NCBI GenBank assembly: GCA_966128725.1
Contig: CBHYLN010000007.1
Coordinates: forward strand, 1,031 to 65,030
DNA: 64,000 bases
Source: an uncultured bacterium
GTDB taxonomy: Bacteria > Bacteroidota > Ignavibacteria > OLB7
Direction: 5' to 3'
Part shown: piece by piece, positions 29,871-40,853 of the stretch
Layout of the letters: the number at the start of each line of letters is the position of its first letter
Position numbering within the stretch: the stretch's first letter is position 1
The notes under the pieces: model-generated
Database searches by the model: none
What the model was told of the DNA's origin: nothing
The model's input: the letters and a program-made list of their open reading frames with translations, nothing else
Translations under genes and position numbers: made by a program

Positions 29871-29946
29871 ATGGGATACCTGAGCGTGCCGGTCGCCGCA
29901 CCTGATTGATACCGACCGCGGCCCAACGGACGGCCGATGCCCCGGG

Positions 29947-30753
29947 CTAGTAGCTCTCGGCCTCGTTCGGAAAGTTGCCGTCGCGGATATCCTGAGCATA
30001 CCGTCGTGCGGCATCCTCGGCCCGCTCGGCGAACGACTCGTAGTGCCGGACGAAGCGCGGTTGAAAATCGAGCGTAAGCCCCAACATATCGGTAGACACC
30101 AGAATCTGCCCGTCGCAACTGGGTCCGGCGCCTATGCCGATTGTCGGGATCGAGAGCTGTTCGGTAACACGTTTTGCAAGCTCGGCGGGAATCTTTTCCA
30201 GAACAATGCAGAACGCGCCGGCCTGTTCCAGAATCACGGCATCGGCCACAATGCGATCGGCCTCGCTGGGCGATGTGCCTCGCGGGCGGTAACCGCCGTA
30301 TTGGTGGATGGATTGTGGTTGCAGCCCAAGATGCCCCATCACCGGAATGCCAACGGCCGTCATCCGGCGCACCGTCTCGGCGTGTTCCTCCCCACCCTCC
30401 AGCTTCACGGCGCCGGCATCGGTTTCCTTCATGATGCGGCCGGCATTGCGGAATGCCTCGTCAACCCGTACCTGATAACTCATGAACGGCATGTCGGCCA
30501 CCACCATTGCGCGTGCCACGCCCCGTGTGACCGCGATGGTGTGGTAGATGATCTCATCCAACGTCACCGGCAGCGTTGTCTGGCGCCCCTGCACCACATT
30601 GGCAACCGAATCGCCCACAAGGATCACATCAATCCCTGCCTGATCAAATATGCGTGCCATCACGGCATCGTATGCGGTAAGCGCCGCTATGCGCTGCGCC
30701 TTCCGTTTCATCTCCATCAGGGTGCGGGTGGTTACGCGTTTGGATTCGCTCAT
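29947..30753 (-). CDS. panB: 3-methyl-2-oxobutanoate hydroxymethyltransferase
   Basis: [49 protein letters not shown]. Confidence 0.97.
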   Translation of the reverse strand: MSESKRVTTRTLMEMKRKAQRIAALTAYDAVMARIFDQAGIDVILVGDSVANVVQGRQTTLPVTLDEIIYHTIAVTRGVARAMVVADMPFMSYQVRVDEAFRNAGRIMKETDAGAVKLEGGEEHAETVRRMTAVGIPVMGHLGLQPQSIHQYGGYRPRGTSPSEADRIVADAVILEQAGAFCIVLEKIPAELAKRVTEQLSIPTIGIGAGPSCDGQILVSTDMLGLTLDFQPRFVRHYESFAERAEDAARRYAQDIRDGNFPNEAESY

Positions 30754-31583
30754 GGTAGGCTTTGCGTTTGTGGTTGTCCCGCGATGGAGGCCGCACCGCT
30801 GGCGGGGGCCATGTGCGTGGCGCGGCGTGCCAACGTGATCGTATCGGTTTGCACCATGGCGCCGGCGAACGTCTCGGCGAACCCGTCGACGATTGCAATG
30901 GCAAGCGCCTGGAATGATGGGAACGGTTCCGGGATTGCGTCGCGCAGCGTGGCGGTTCGTTCGGCAAGCCGCCGGCGCAGTGCGGCCCGGCGATCCGCGT
31001 CGTGGTTGGGGTACAGAAGGTCGATGATCTCCAGATGCCGTTCGTCCAGAAGCAGCGACCCGTGCTGCAGCAGTACCGAGCCATAACGGCGTTGCGCCGA
31101 ACCAAGCAGCTTGCGGCCCTGCCATGTCAGCTCGTTTAATGCCGAGGCGCTGAAGCAGCTTTCGGATTCCTCCTGGCCGTAATGCTCGCGGAAGTCCGGC
31201 TGCGAGCGGCTGAACGCCAGATTGGTTGCGCCAAGCTGTGTAAGCCCATGCTCGATTGCCTGCGTGATGCGCGCATAGGTTTCGTGTATCCCCGCGCCGT
31301 TGCTGGGCATCGCCACCGAATACGTAAGCTCCTCGGCATGGAACACGGCCCGCCCGCCGGTGGGCCGACGCACCAGACCGTAGCCGCGTGCCTCCAGTGC
31401 TTCGGTGCTGATCCCTTCCGACCGTTGGTTGTGGCCAAGCGAAAGAGTGTACGGATTCCAGGAGTAAATGCGCAGCCGCGGGATGCGGTCGGCATCACAT
31501 GCGATCGCCATCTCTTCGTCGCGGCTCATGTTCTCCTGGCCGCCGCGATTTGGTTCGATGCTATACAGCCACTGTGTGTTCAC
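30750..31583 (-). CDS. Lipoate-protein ligase / octanoyltransferase (LplA/LipM family)
   Basis: [50 protein letters not shown]. Confidence 0.9.
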   Translation of the reverse strand: MNTQWLYSIEPNRGGQENMSRDEEMAIACDADRIPRLRIYSWNPYTLSLGHNQRSEGISTEALEARGYGLVRRPTGGRAVFHAEELTYSVAMPSNGAGIHETYARITQAIEHGLTQLGATNLAFSRSQPDFREHYGQEESESCFSASALNELTWQGRKLLGSAQRRYGSVLLQHGSLLLDERHLEIIDLLYPNHDADRRAALRRRLAERTATLRDAIPEPFPSFQALAIAIVDGFAETFAGAMVQTDTITLARRATHMAPASGAASIAGQPQTQSLP

Positions 31584-31608
31584 TGGCGAACAAGTTAGCG
31601 CGCGTGGA

Positions 31609-32118
31609 TCAGTTTGGAAATCCGTGTCCGCCGGTTCCGATGGGCATCGCAAGTTCCAGCTCGTCGTGGAGCGGTATGTCGTGAAGTCCGAGGAAGGGGA
31701 TGGAAGGCTTGATGCGGCGGGCCTGGGTGACCGCGTCGCGATGTACCGACACCAACCGGAAGCCGCGCTTCTGATAAAAGCGCAACGCGTTGATGTTGTC
31801 GTTGGTGGTTATCAGCCGAAGCTGTGTGCAACCATTGGAGCGCGCGGCGTCCACAACGGCATCCACCAGGGCGCTGCCAACACCACCGCGTTCGTGCTGG
31901 CTGTTCAGCGTAATGATTTCGCACTCCAGGCCGGTGATCAGATACGTAATCAGGCCCACGGCATTGCCAGCGAACTCGGCGACATACCCCGGCAACGTGT
32001 GCGGGTGATACATCCTGCCGCCGGAGACAACGAACTCGGTGCCCCATTCGCCGGCGATCATGCGAACGATCCATTCGGCGTCATCATCGCCCACTTCGCG
32101 AATCGTGATTACATCCAT
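31609..32118 (-). CDS. GNAT family N-acetyltransferase
   Basis: ERGGVGSALV, LITTNDNINALRFYQKRGF. Confidence 0.9.
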   Translation of the reverse strand: MDVITIREVGDDDAEWIVRMIAGEWGTEFVVSGGRMYHPHTLPGYVAEFAGNAVGLITYLITGLECEIITLNSQHERGGVGSALVDAVVDAARSNGCTQLRLITTNDNINALRFYQKRGFRLVSVHRDAVTQARRIKPSIPFLGLHDIPLHDELELAMPIGTGGHGFPN

Positions 32119-32124
32119 CGCGCC

Positions 32125-33213
32125 CTAGTTGTTGCTGATGGTGCGGCCGTCGGCCTCGAAGTAGTGCGCACGCTCGTGCGCAACTCGCAGATACAGCTTG
32201 TCGCCGTAGCGGAGCGGGTGATCCGGATGGATCGACGCCACCGCAAGGCCACGAGCCGAGGGGAAGTGGACAAACGTCTGGCTTCCAAGCGTCTCAACCA
32301 CCTCCACGGTCACCTCGAATGCCAGCGGGTCCGATGGGTCGGTCAGCAGAAGATGCTCCGGCCGAACGCCGATTGCGGTTGCGTTTTGCATTGCCTGCGC
32401 CGTTGTGCCAAGCGGAATCGTAAGCGCTGCAGGGCCGGTTTCGCGCAACACGGCCCCGTGTTCCAGCGTCTGGATGCGGCCGTCGAAGAAGTTCATTGCC
32501 GGTGTGCCGATGAACCCTGCAACGAAGCGGTTCACCGGATTGTTGTACAGCTCCAGAGGCGCGGCAATCTGTTGCACCTCGCCGCGTTCCATTACCACGA
32601 TCTTATCGGCCATCGTCATGGCTTCCACCTGGTCGTGGGTTACGTAGATCGATGTGGCGCGAAGTTCGTGATGCAGCTTCTGAAGCTGGGCCCGGGTTTG
32701 CGTGCGCAGCTTGGCATCCAGATTGGAAAGGGGTTCGTCGAACAGGAAAACCTTCGGGTTGCGGACGATTGCCCTGCCAAGAGCCACGCGCTGGCGCTGC
32801 CCGCCGGAAAGCGCCTTCGGGCGGCGTTCCAACAGCTCCTCAAGCTCCAGCATGCGCGCCGCCGTGCCAACCCGGGCCGCGATTTCTTCCTTGGGCATCT
32901 TGCGCATCCGCAACGCGAACTCCAGATTCTGCCGCACGGTCATATGCGGGTACAGCGCGTAGTTCTGGAACACCATCGCGATGTCCCTGTCCTTGGGGTG
33001 CACGTTGTTGACCTCGCGATCGCCAATCGAGATCGTGCCCTCGGTAATCGTCTCCAGGCCGGCGATCATCCGCAGCGTTGTGGATTTCCCGCAGCCGGAC
33101 GGACCCACAATCACCAGGAACTCCCCGTCGGGTAGCTCGAACGAAACCTTGTCAACCGCCACGGTGCCGTCATCGAACCGCTTGGTCACATTCTTCAGCG
33201 ATACATGTGCCAT
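32125..33213 (-). CDS. Sugar ABC transporter ATP-binding protein (MalK/UgpC family)
   Basis: GPSGCGKST, MVFQNYALYPHM, LSGGQRQRVALGRA, FDEPLSNLDAKLR, YVTHDQVEAMT. Confidence 0.95.
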   Translation of the reverse strand: MAHVSLKNVTKRFDDGTVAVDKVSFELPDGEFLVIVGPSGCGKSTTLRMIAGLETITEGTISIGDREVNNVHPKDRDIAMVFQNYALYPHMTVRQNLEFALRMRKMPKEEIAARVGTAARMLELEELLERRPKALSGGQRQRVALGRAIVRNPKVFLFDEPLSNLDAKLRTQTRAQLQKLHHELRATSIYVTHDQVEAMTMADKIVVMERGEVQQIAAPLELYNNPVNRFVAGFIGTPAMNFFDGRIQTLEHGAVLRETGPAALTIPLGTTAQAMQNATAIGVRPEHLLLTDPSDPLAFEVTVEVVETLGSQTFVHFPSARGLAVASIHPDHPLRYGDKLYLRVAHERAHYFEADGRTISNN

Positions 33214-33912
33214 ATCCGCCTTGATGGATGTAGATGCGAAGAATCCGCAAGATAGTCAGCGCGGGGCGTAGTTGGGACATTGTTGCCGGGCCGTATGCCG
33301 TACGAATGGTCAGATGGTCGGCCTGATCCCGCGCCGCCGCCCGGGTTGGGACGTTGCCTCATAATTGATGTAACCCATCCGGAACCAGGGCAGCGCCATG
33401 CGCGGCGCCTAACAGCGCGTGGCCCTTCATGGTATCTCCGCTGTTATGCGCCAGATATTTCCCATGGCGTCGGTTGACGCAGGAGGGTCGCGCATCGTTG
33501 GTCAAGTTCTTCTTGTGTTGTCTACAGCCGCAATGGCACGTGCGGCATCCGGCTGCGTGATTCATCCGCCGGGCTTCAGTGCAATGTGGCGCAACGTTAC
33601 CCGGCGACAGCCGAGGTTTCAGTGATGTTCAAATTCGCCCTAATCCATTCCGGGCGCCTTTGCGCTGCTTCCATTGCCTGCGACCTTTCGGCGGCGGCGT
33701 GGTCATACCTCCCATTCCGACTCTCAAAACCTCGCCGTGTTCACAAGTGCCGACGCATATCGCCATGTCGTCGCCTCGGCGTAGATGTCGTATCAGAATA
33801 CATGCGGACCTTCACCGACAACATCGGTCCGCTGTGTTCGCGGCATTTCAATACACCTCCGTCGACGTACTGCCAACCGGTGGAATCGTCGGTTCGTAAC
33901 CAACTCCGGATC

Positions 33913-34719
33913 ATGATCAACTCCCCTTCCCCGTACAGTGTCCCGTACAGTGTGTGGATGCTTGCCCTCGTGGCGTTTATCTGCGTTGGCGCAGTGCCCG
34001 TGGTGGCACAGCTGGCACCCGGCATGATCGGTGATCGCCCCGGTCAGGTGGCAACGTTTACCGAGCCCGAGATGGTTCAACTGGAGAGCGGTGTATCCTA
34101 CGAGTCGGTGCGGACATCCGGACCCATTGCCAACTGTAGCCGGACCTGGCTGCTTGGGACGTTGCTTCGAACCGGTATGATCGACGCGGCCGAACTGCGC
34201 ATCGGCTTCGAGTACGTGAACGAGTCCTCGCGCGTGAGTTCCGAGATCAACCACAATCACGGCCTGCGGAATCTTTCCATCGGTACGAAGCTGCGTCTGC
34301 TGGACGCCGAAGCCTCCAGGCCGGCGCTGTTCATATTTGCGAACGCGCGAATGCCGTTCGGCCACGATGACTACTGCCCCGATGCCATGATACCCGGGAT
34401 GCGTGTTCAGATGGACTACGACATCGACGAGCTGGCTACGCTGACATACAGTATCGGCGGCGAGTGGCATATCGGGTCATCCGAGATGATCACGGGGTAC
34501 GCGGCGACTCTTGCGGTACCGATCGGTGCCGGCCTCGGTGTGTTCGGTGATTACTCAGGGCAGTTCTCGATTGCAGCCTCGCCCTCGCATGCATGTGATC
34601 TGGGGGTCACGTATGCAGTTCTCGATCATCTGCAGATTGATGTGGCGTATGGCCTGGGCATTTCCAGTACCGCGCCGGACCATTTCTTCGCGAGCGGGAT
34701 CTCCTATCGTGTGCGCTGA
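33913..34719 (+). CDS. Outer-membrane beta-barrel 'transporter' (MetA-pathway/phenol degradation-like family)
   Basis: Signal peptide, DRP motif, QLESG, LLR.G...ELR, C-terminal QID...G.G..APDHF..GISYR. Confidence 0.75.
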   Translation: MINSPSPYSVPYSVWMLALVAFICVGAVPVVAQLAPGMIGDRPGQVATFTEPEMVQLESGVSYESVRTSGPIANCSRTWLLGTLLRTGMIDAAELRIGFEYVNESSRVSSEINHNHGLRNLSIGTKLRLLDAEASRPALFIFANARMPFGHDDYCPDAMIPGMRVQMDYDIDELATLTYSIGGEWHIGSSEMITGYAATLAVPIGAGLGVFGDYSGQFSIAASPSHACDLGVTYAVLDHLQIDVAYGLGISSTAPDHFFASGISYRVR

Positions 34720-35003
34720 TTGCCCACGGTTGCATGTTCGCGTATCAATGCGTGCGTGCGACGAATGCCTGCATTGCCAAACCGTGCGTCGATGGTGGGC
34801 ATAAGCCCGCGCTGTGTTAGCCTGTGCTCTGGCAGCCCGCGCTGCGCTTCAAGCGTCACTGGATAGTCTGAACGCAGCGCGGACTGGTTTATAGACTCGA
34901 TCACGCCACCACATCATAACCTTCACGCCCGGGATACTGCCCATTGGCAGGGGAGCGCCCGGCCCACAACATTTTTCGCTTCGGATACTGTCGCCTGCGA
35001 CAT

Positions 35004-35079
35004 TCGGACTTGCTCCGTGTCCTTTATCTGGATTTGGTCCATGTACTGGACTTAGTCCAGATATGAATACATATCTTTG
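35004..35079 (+). promoter_or_regulatory. Three related 15-bp palindromic operators plus a TATCTTTG promoter upstream of the TonB receptor
   Basis: TCGGACTTGCTCCGT (35004), CTGGATTTGGTCCAT (35028), perfect 7-1-7 CTGGACT-T-AGTCCAG (35046); TATCTTTG at 35072. Confidence 0.6.
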
Positions 35080-35253
35080 CCATTGGTCTGGGAGTCATCG
35101 CCTGCCCCGGCGATGCGAGCATCAGGACATTGCGCCCGTACCGCTGGTACAAAGGAATTCGACCCGATCACATTTCACGCAGCACATCTCACTTCCGCAT
35201 GATACGTGGAGCATGCGGCGGCAAGCCTGTTGGCAAAGCACTCCAAACGCAAC

Positions 35254-37599
35254 ATGAAAAACCACATGAGACGTATCGTACGAATTGCTCCACTTCGACA
35301 CGCGATGCAATTGACGGCAATCCTGATGATGACGGCCGTGCCCATCAAGGCTCAGACCGGAAGAGTCACGGGCGTTGTACGCAACGCCGAAACCAACGAA
35401 CCGCTTGGCAATGTCTCGGTGAGCGTGCAGGGCACGGCCATCGGCGGCAAGTCGTTGAACAACGGCACGCTCACGATCATGAACGTCCCGGCTGGGAAGC
35501 ATAAACTGGTAGCAACCGCGGTTGGATATCAGCCCGCGGATCAGGATATAACGGTTGTCGACGGCAAGGCAACCAATGTTTCCTTCGATATGATTCCGCG
35601 CACCATCGAGTTCGGCGGTGTTACGGTCTCCTCGCAGCGCGACCGCAGCTACGTCGCGATCCTCACAAGCGCCGGCACGAAAACATCCACGCCGTTGCGT
35701 GATATCCCGGCCTCCATTCAGATCGTGCCGGAACTTGTGTTGAAGGATCAGGGCGCGACCACGATGGACCAGTCCATCCGCAACGTGAGCGGCATATCGC
35801 AGAGCAGCCAGAGCAACTACGGGTTCTTCAACGCCTATACCGTACGTGGCCTGCGGCAGCGCTTCCTGCGCGACGGCGTGCCCGATGGCGCCACAACCAA
35901 CGGCTATGCTCGCACGCTCACCGATGTTGATCACATCGAGGTGCTGAAAGGCCCGGGCTCGGCGCTCTACGGTAGCAGCGAGCCGGGGGGCTCCATCAAC
36001 CTGGTCAGCAAACCGGTGTACGAGAAGCCGACGTTGATCGTGTCGCAGTACGGCGGTTCGTTCAGCACGCTGCGTACCGCCATCGACGCCGGCGGTGCAA
36101 TCGTGCCGGGCGTGTTGCGCTCGCGACTCAGCGCTGCCTATGCGAACAAGGAGGGGTTCCGTGGTGTAGGAAACACAACGCTGGACATTCTTCCCATGTT
36201 CGTCTACAGCCCTTCGGATGAGCACACGCTGACGTTGAACCTGGAGTATCGCAAGATCGATCAGGAGGCGGATTCCTACGGTACCCCGTTCCGCGGAACG
36301 GAGTTGCTGGATGTGCCGCGCGAGTTCGACTACCATACGCCGTTCAGCAACACAACCCAGAAGATTCTGCGTGGATCGTTGGCGCATCTGTGGCGCGTTG
36401 GCGAGCCGACAACGGTGCGCACGTACGTTACCTACATGAAGCGCGACCTGTATCTGTTGCGCAATTCCGGTGGCTCGGTTGCCGCGGGCAGCGACACGAT
36501 GAAGTCGCGCGCGCTGCGCGAGCAGTGGGACGATGTCAACGACATGATGGCGCAGATCGAACCGATCTTCCGTGTGATGACCGGCGACATCAGGCATACG
36601 ATCCTTACCGGCGCGGAATACTCGCGCAGCAAGATTCTCACCAATCGCCAGACGGCCCAGTTGCCCAGCATCAACAACGTGTTCGCACCGGTGGTGCGCG
36701 AGATCTCTCGCGACAGCCTCACGTTCAAGGTCGACAATGACCGGGACATCACGCTGAGCCAGATGGCGTTCTACGCTCAGGATCAGATCGCGCTCTCCGG
36801 GCAGTTCAAGGTCAGGGGCGGATTTCGTTACGACATCTACGGAGCCAAGGATATTCACAAGACCGATACGCTGGGCGCGGACCGTACCGATGCCAAGCTG
36901 AGCGGCCAGGCCGGGCTTGTCTTCCAGCCGATCACGGAGCTTTCGCTGTATGCGGGCGCCGCTCACGGAACTCTTTCCACCGTATCCACCGAAGGCGGGC
37001 GTGTATCGGAGCCTGAGGAGTCGACACAGTACGAACTGGGCGCAAAGACCTCGCTTCTGGAAGGTCTGCTGCAGGTGAACCTTGCCGCGTTTCATATCAG
37101 GCGCGAGAAGTTCAACGTCACGGTTGGCATCGAACAGATTCCGGTTGGCGAGCAGCGCACGCAGGGAGTTGAGATTGATATCAGCGGCCAGCCGACCGAG
37201 AGCTGGGGCATCACCGCCAACATGGCGTATTACGACGCGAAGATCACGAACAACCCCGCTGATACGGGTGCGATTGGCAAGCGACCGATCGGCGTGCCGG
37301 AAACGTCCGGCTCGTTGTGGAGCACCTATGCGTTCAGGTCCGGCTTTGCCGATGGCTTCGGCTTCGGGGCGGGTCTTACCTATCGCGACGCGATGTTTCT
37401 GGACGCTCATAACACACGCGGCATCGATTCCTACGTGACGATCGATGGCACACTGTTCTATCGCACAAAGCTGGTGGAGGTGCAGGTCAACATCACGAAC
37501 ATCGGCGATATCACCTACTACCGGAACGGATCGAACGGAGGCGGATATCCCGGCGAATCGCGCAGCGTTCAGGCAAGTGCACGCCTGAATCTCTGGTAG
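35254..37599 (+). CDS. TonB-dependent siderophore-type receptor
   Basis: N-terminal carboxypeptidase-regulatory-like domain; TKTSTPLRDIPASIQIV; IEVLKGPGSALYG..PGGSINLVSK plug; terminal aromatic residue. Confidence 0.93.
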   Translation: MKNHMRRIVRIAPLRHAMQLTAILMMTAVPIKAQTGRVTGVVRNAETNEPLGNVSVSVQGTAIGGKSLNNGTLTIMNVPAGKHKLVATAVGYQPADQDITVVDGKATNVSFDMIPRTIEFGGVTVSSQRDRSYVAILTSAGTKTSTPLRDIPASIQIVPELVLKDQGATTMDQSIRNVSGISQSSQSNYGFFNAYTVRGLRQRFLRDGVPDGATTNGYARTLTDVDHIEVLKGPGSALYGSSEPGGSINLVSKPVYEKPTLIVSQYGGSFSTLRTAIDAGGAIVPGVLRSRLSAAYANKEGFRGVGNTTLDILPMFVYSPSDEHTLTLNLEYRKIDQEADSYGTPFRGTELLDVPREFDYHTPFSNTTQKILRGSLAHLWRVGEPTTVRTYVTYMKRDLYLLRNSGGSVAAGSDTMKSRALREQWDDVNDMMAQIEPIFRVMTGDIRHTILTGAEYSRSKILTNRQTAQLPSINNVFAPVVREISRDSLTFKVDNDRDITLSQMAFYAQDQIALSGQFKVRGGFRYDIYGAKDIHKTDTLGADRTDAKLSGQAGLVFQPITELSLYAGAAHGTLSTVSTEGGRVSEPEESTQYELGAKTSLLEGLLQVNLAAFHIRREKFNVTVGIEQIPVGEQRTQGVEIDISGQPTESWGITANMAYYDAKITNNPADTGAIGKRPIGVPETSGSLWSTYAFRSGFADGFGFGAGLTYRDAMFLDAHNTRGIDSYVTIDGTLFYRTKLVEVQVNITNIGDITYYRNGSNGGGYPGESRSVQASARLNLW

Positions 37600-37760
37600 T
37601 CGACGGGGCACCACATCGGTGAGGGCTCCACGTTCCCGATGTGGTTACAGTGTAAGGCCGCCCGGCATCTGGATTCCCAGTGCTGGGTGGCCTTCACTGG
37701 GATATGTTTGAGCCAAACACTTGTTGTTCATCAATGCGGTCGCACATCAAACTCGGGATT

Positions 37761-38858
37761 ATGAACAGACGCCTGCGCACGATTCACATGTGGCTGGGAA
37801 TGATCGGCGGCCCGCTGCTGCTGGTGATCGGCATGGCAGGGGCAACACTGGTGTTCATGGATGAGATCGACGCGGTGCTGAACCCGCCGGCCGAGCCCCT
37901 GCACACATCGAACGCCCCGTTGCCGTTACGGCAATTGCTTGCGAATGTGCAAGGCGCGTATCCAACCGCGACGCTTTCGGGCATCCGGTTGCCGGCAGCG
38001 GATGGTGCTGCCGTGCCAGTGGTCACGATGAATATGCAGGGGAGCCTGTGGTTTGTGGAGATCGACCCTGCCGCAGGCACGGTTCTGGCCGCACGCAATG
38101 CCGATGAATCCTTTGTTCGCAGGGTGCTGGCCCTGCACCGCAGCTTCTTCTTCAGGCCCTGGGGTGAGGCTGTTGTGGGCCTGCTTGCGTTGCTGTTCTT
38201 TGCTTCGGCGCTGACCGGGCTGATCATTCATCGCAAGTCGCTCGGGCGCATCTTCACTGCCTTCAGCAGGTGGCGGCAGGGGACCAAGGCCGCCGTGTTC
38301 GATCTGCACACAGTTGTTGGCACGCTCGCATGCCTGTTTCAATTGATGATGTCGGCGACAGGTTTCTACATGATTTCGCCTGTGTACACGAAGATCGTGG
38401 CAGGCAATCAGACCGCGCCGAGGCAGGCGTTGATACCGGCTGTTTCGCTCGATTCCCTGGTGGCCCGTTCGCGGCAGGCGCTGCCGGGATTCGTGCCGCG
38501 CAGCATTTCGTTGCCCAACGGGCCTCAGAAGCCTGTGCGCGTTATGGGGACGGTTGCGGACGCCTGCGTGTTCCACGGCAAGGCCGGAAGTTATGTCGCG
38601 TTCGATCCGCGTACCGGTGCCATGAAGCAGGTCGTGAACATTGCCGATGCGCCGTTCGGCGACCAATTGGAGCAGATCGTGAAGTCCGTGCACTTTGGGC
38701 AATACGGTTCGCTGCCCGTGAAGATCATCTATTCGCTGGGCGGTCTTACACCCGGCATTCTCTCGATCACAGGGATCATCATGTGGCAGCGCAAGCGGCG
38801 TGTGGCGCGCAGAAGCAGCGAGCGGCGTGCCGGGAAGGCCGGCAGTGTGCCGGCGTAA
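37761..38858 (+). CDS. PepSY-associated TM helix protein (iron-regulated membrane protein)
   Basis: IHMWLG, LHR, DLHTVVG, VHFG His motifs in TM helices; follows the TonB receptor. Confidence 0.9.
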   Translation: MNRRLRTIHMWLGMIGGPLLLVIGMAGATLVFMDEIDAVLNPPAEPLHTSNAPLPLRQLLANVQGAYPTATLSGIRLPAADGAAVPVVTMNMQGSLWFVEIDPAAGTVLAARNADESFVRRVLALHRSFFFRPWGEAVVGLLALLFFASALTGLIIHRKSLGRIFTAFSRWRQGTKAAVFDLHTVVGTLACLFQLMMSATGFYMISPVYTKIVAGNQTAPRQALIPAVSLDSLVARSRQALPGFVPRSISLPNGPQKPVRVMGTVADACVFHGKAGSYVAFDPRTGAMKQVVNIADAPFGDQLEQIVKSVHFGQYGSLPVKIIYSLGGLTPGILSITGIIMWQRKRRVARRSSERRAGKAGSVPA

Positions 38859-38942
38859 GGCAGAACGTACCGCGCGACGGATGATACCGCGGTGTGATCG
38901 TGCCCGGTTCGGCGGCGGGAAAGGTTCCAACAACCCATAAAC

Positions 38943-38992
38943 AACAGGCGGGCAACCGAAGGACAATCTCCGGAGACCCGCCTGTTTGCTTT
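38943..38992. terminator. Probable bidirectional terminator between PepSY and HNH
   Basis: AACAGGCGGG/CCCGCCTGTT stem between convergent genes. Confidence 0.6.
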
Positions 38993-39019
38993 CAGTCGGT
39001 TATGTGTTGTTCGTACCGG

Positions 39020-39511
39020 TCAGTTCATGAAAAGGTACGGTTCCCATTCGCGGTCGATCGTGCCCATCACGTTCTGAATGAACGTCACATGATTGGGCCT
39101 CGATGGCCGTGTGCGCAGCCGCATATTGGCTTCCTCCGGTGTGCGATTCCCCTTTCGGTTATTGCATCGCACGCAGGCGCACACAAGATTCTCCCATGTG
39201 TCCCCACCGCTGCGCGATTTCGGAAGCACGTGATCGACGGTGAGTGGGGGTGTTGTCTTTCCGCAGTACATGCAGCGGTGATGGTCGCGCCGCAGAATAT
39301 TCTTCCGCGTTAGCTCCACCTTTTTGTACGGCATGTGTATGTACAACGACAGGCGAACCACGCTTGGATACGGAAACGCATGCCGTACGGTTCGGATGGT
39401 GCGCCCGGGGCGTACCTCAACAAGCTCGGCTTTGCCGAGCCAGAGCAGGATGATGGCCTTTTCGACATTCGCGACGCAGAGCGGCTCGTAATTCTGATTC
39501 AGTATCAGCAC
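39020..39511 (-). CDS. HNH endonuclease (McrA-like, HNH_5 type)
   Basis: LNQNYEPL, PSVVRL, LTRKNILRRDHHRCMYCG, TVDHVLPKSRSG..WENLVCACVRCNNRKG. Confidence 0.92.
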   Translation of the reverse strand: MLILNQNYEPLCVANVEKAIILLWLGKAELVEVRPGRTIRTVRHAFPYPSVVRLSLYIHMPYKKVELTRKNILRRDHHRCMYCGKTTPPLTVDHVLPKSRSGGDTWENLVCACVRCNNRKGNRTPEEANMRLRTRPSRPNHVTFIQNVMGTIDREWEPYLFMN

Positions 39512-39743
39512 CTTACCGCCCAGCGTCGCGCTATAAGCCCCGGCAGGGCCATCGTCGGCTACCGGGATCGGACTGAACGTAGCGAATGCACGCCTCCTTA
39601 CAGATAGGTCGATTCCACTGTTGCCATGACCAATAGTTGCCGCCGAAGCTACAGAGCACGCGTGCCAATATCAAGGGGCTGGTGTATAAGCGTTGGCAAT
39701 CCTGTGGAGCGTGCATGCCCCCCCAACGAACCGTGCTCCTGTG

Positions 39744-40853
39744 TTACGCCTCGCTTGCGGAGAGCGCGGCGCGCTTGGCCTCCAGTTTTTCGAAGAGCGC
39801 ATCGAACGACGCAACAAACTTGTCGAGCCCTTCGGCGAGCAGTGTTGCCATCACAGCGTTGATGTTGATGCCGATTGCCGCAAGCTCCTGCACGGTAGCC
39901 TGTGCCTCGGCGAGCCCTTCCTGTACGGTGGAGCGAACGGAGATATTGCGCATGATGGCCTCGAGTGTTTCCGGTGGAACGGTGTTCACCGTGTTCGGGC
40001 CAATCAACGTATCAACGTACAGCAACTCCGGGTAGGCGGGATTCTTCGTTGACGTGCTGGCCCACAGCGGGCGTTGCACGCGGGCGCCGCTGGCCGCAAG
40101 GCGTTCCCACCGTGGCCCGGCGAATATTGCGAGGAACTCCTGATACACCAGCTTGGAGTTGGCGACACCAAGGCGTCCTTTCAGGGCGGCGGCCTCCGGG
40201 GTGCCGATGGCGTCGAGCTGTGCATCCACCATGGAATCGATACGGCTGACGAAGACGCTTGCCACCGACGCGACGTTGGCGATTGAGTGGCCCGCGGCAA
40301 GCCGATCCTCCAACCCCGCAACGAAGGCCTCGGCCACCGCGCGATATTGCTCCACCGAGAAGATCAACGTGATGTTGATGCTGATTCCGGCCGCGATGCA
40401 GCGGCGGATGGCCGGCAATCCCTCGGATGTAGCGGGGATCTTCACCATCAGATTCGGCCGGTTCACGCGCTCGTGTAATGCAACGGCCTCCTCGAAGGTG
40501 CCGTCGGTTGCATGCGCCAGCTTCGGGTTGACCTCAAGCGAAATAAACCCGTCGGCGCCGCCCGACTGTTCGTACACCGGCATCATGACGTCGCACGCCG
40601 CCGTGACATCGCCCACAAAAAGCTCGGTTGCGATCTCGGCCGTGGTTTTGCCGGCGCGGCTGAGTTCCTGAATCTTGCCGTCGTAGCTGGTGCCGCCAGC
40701 GATTGCCTTCTCGAAGATGGTCGGGTTCGAGGTCATCCCTCGCAGGCCCTGCTCCACAAGCTCCGCCATGCGGCCGGACGCGATAAAGTCGTGGCTGATG
40801 AAGTCATACCAGATGGATTGTCCGTGTTCAAGGAGCTGGCGCAGGGGATTCAT
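39744..40853 (-). CDS. tal: Transaldolase (mycobacterial/plant type)
   Basis: GQSIWYD, GMTSNPTIF, VKIPAT, NITLIFS, ASVFVSRID, QRPLWASTSTK. Confidence 0.95.
   Translation of the reverse strand: MNPLRQLLEHGQSIWYDFISHDFIASGRMAELVEQGLRGMTSNPTIFEKAIAGGTSYDGKIQELSRAGKTTAEIATELFVGDVTAACDVMMPVYEQSGGADGFISLEVNPKLAHATDGTFEEAVALHERVNRPNLMVKIPATSEGLPAIRRCIAAGISINITLIFSVEQYRAVAEAFVAGLEDRLAAGHSIANVASVASVFVSRIDSMVDAQLDAIGTPEAAALKGRLGVANSKLVYQEFLAIFAGPRWERLAASGARVQRPLWASTSTKNPAYPELLYVDTLIGPNTVNTVPPETLEAIMRNISVRSTVQEGLAEAQATVQELAAIGININAVMATLLAEGLDKFVASFDALFEKLEAKRAALSASEA

Noticed and set aside
35080-35253. Cobalamin or TPP riboswitch before the TonB receptor
   Set aside because: No B12-box or TPP core motifs seen; the receptor is siderophore-type with a PepSY partner
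39020-39511. HNH gene as a mobile element or defence system
   Set aside because: Stand-alone, common chromosomal HNH type with no methylase, intron or cas context
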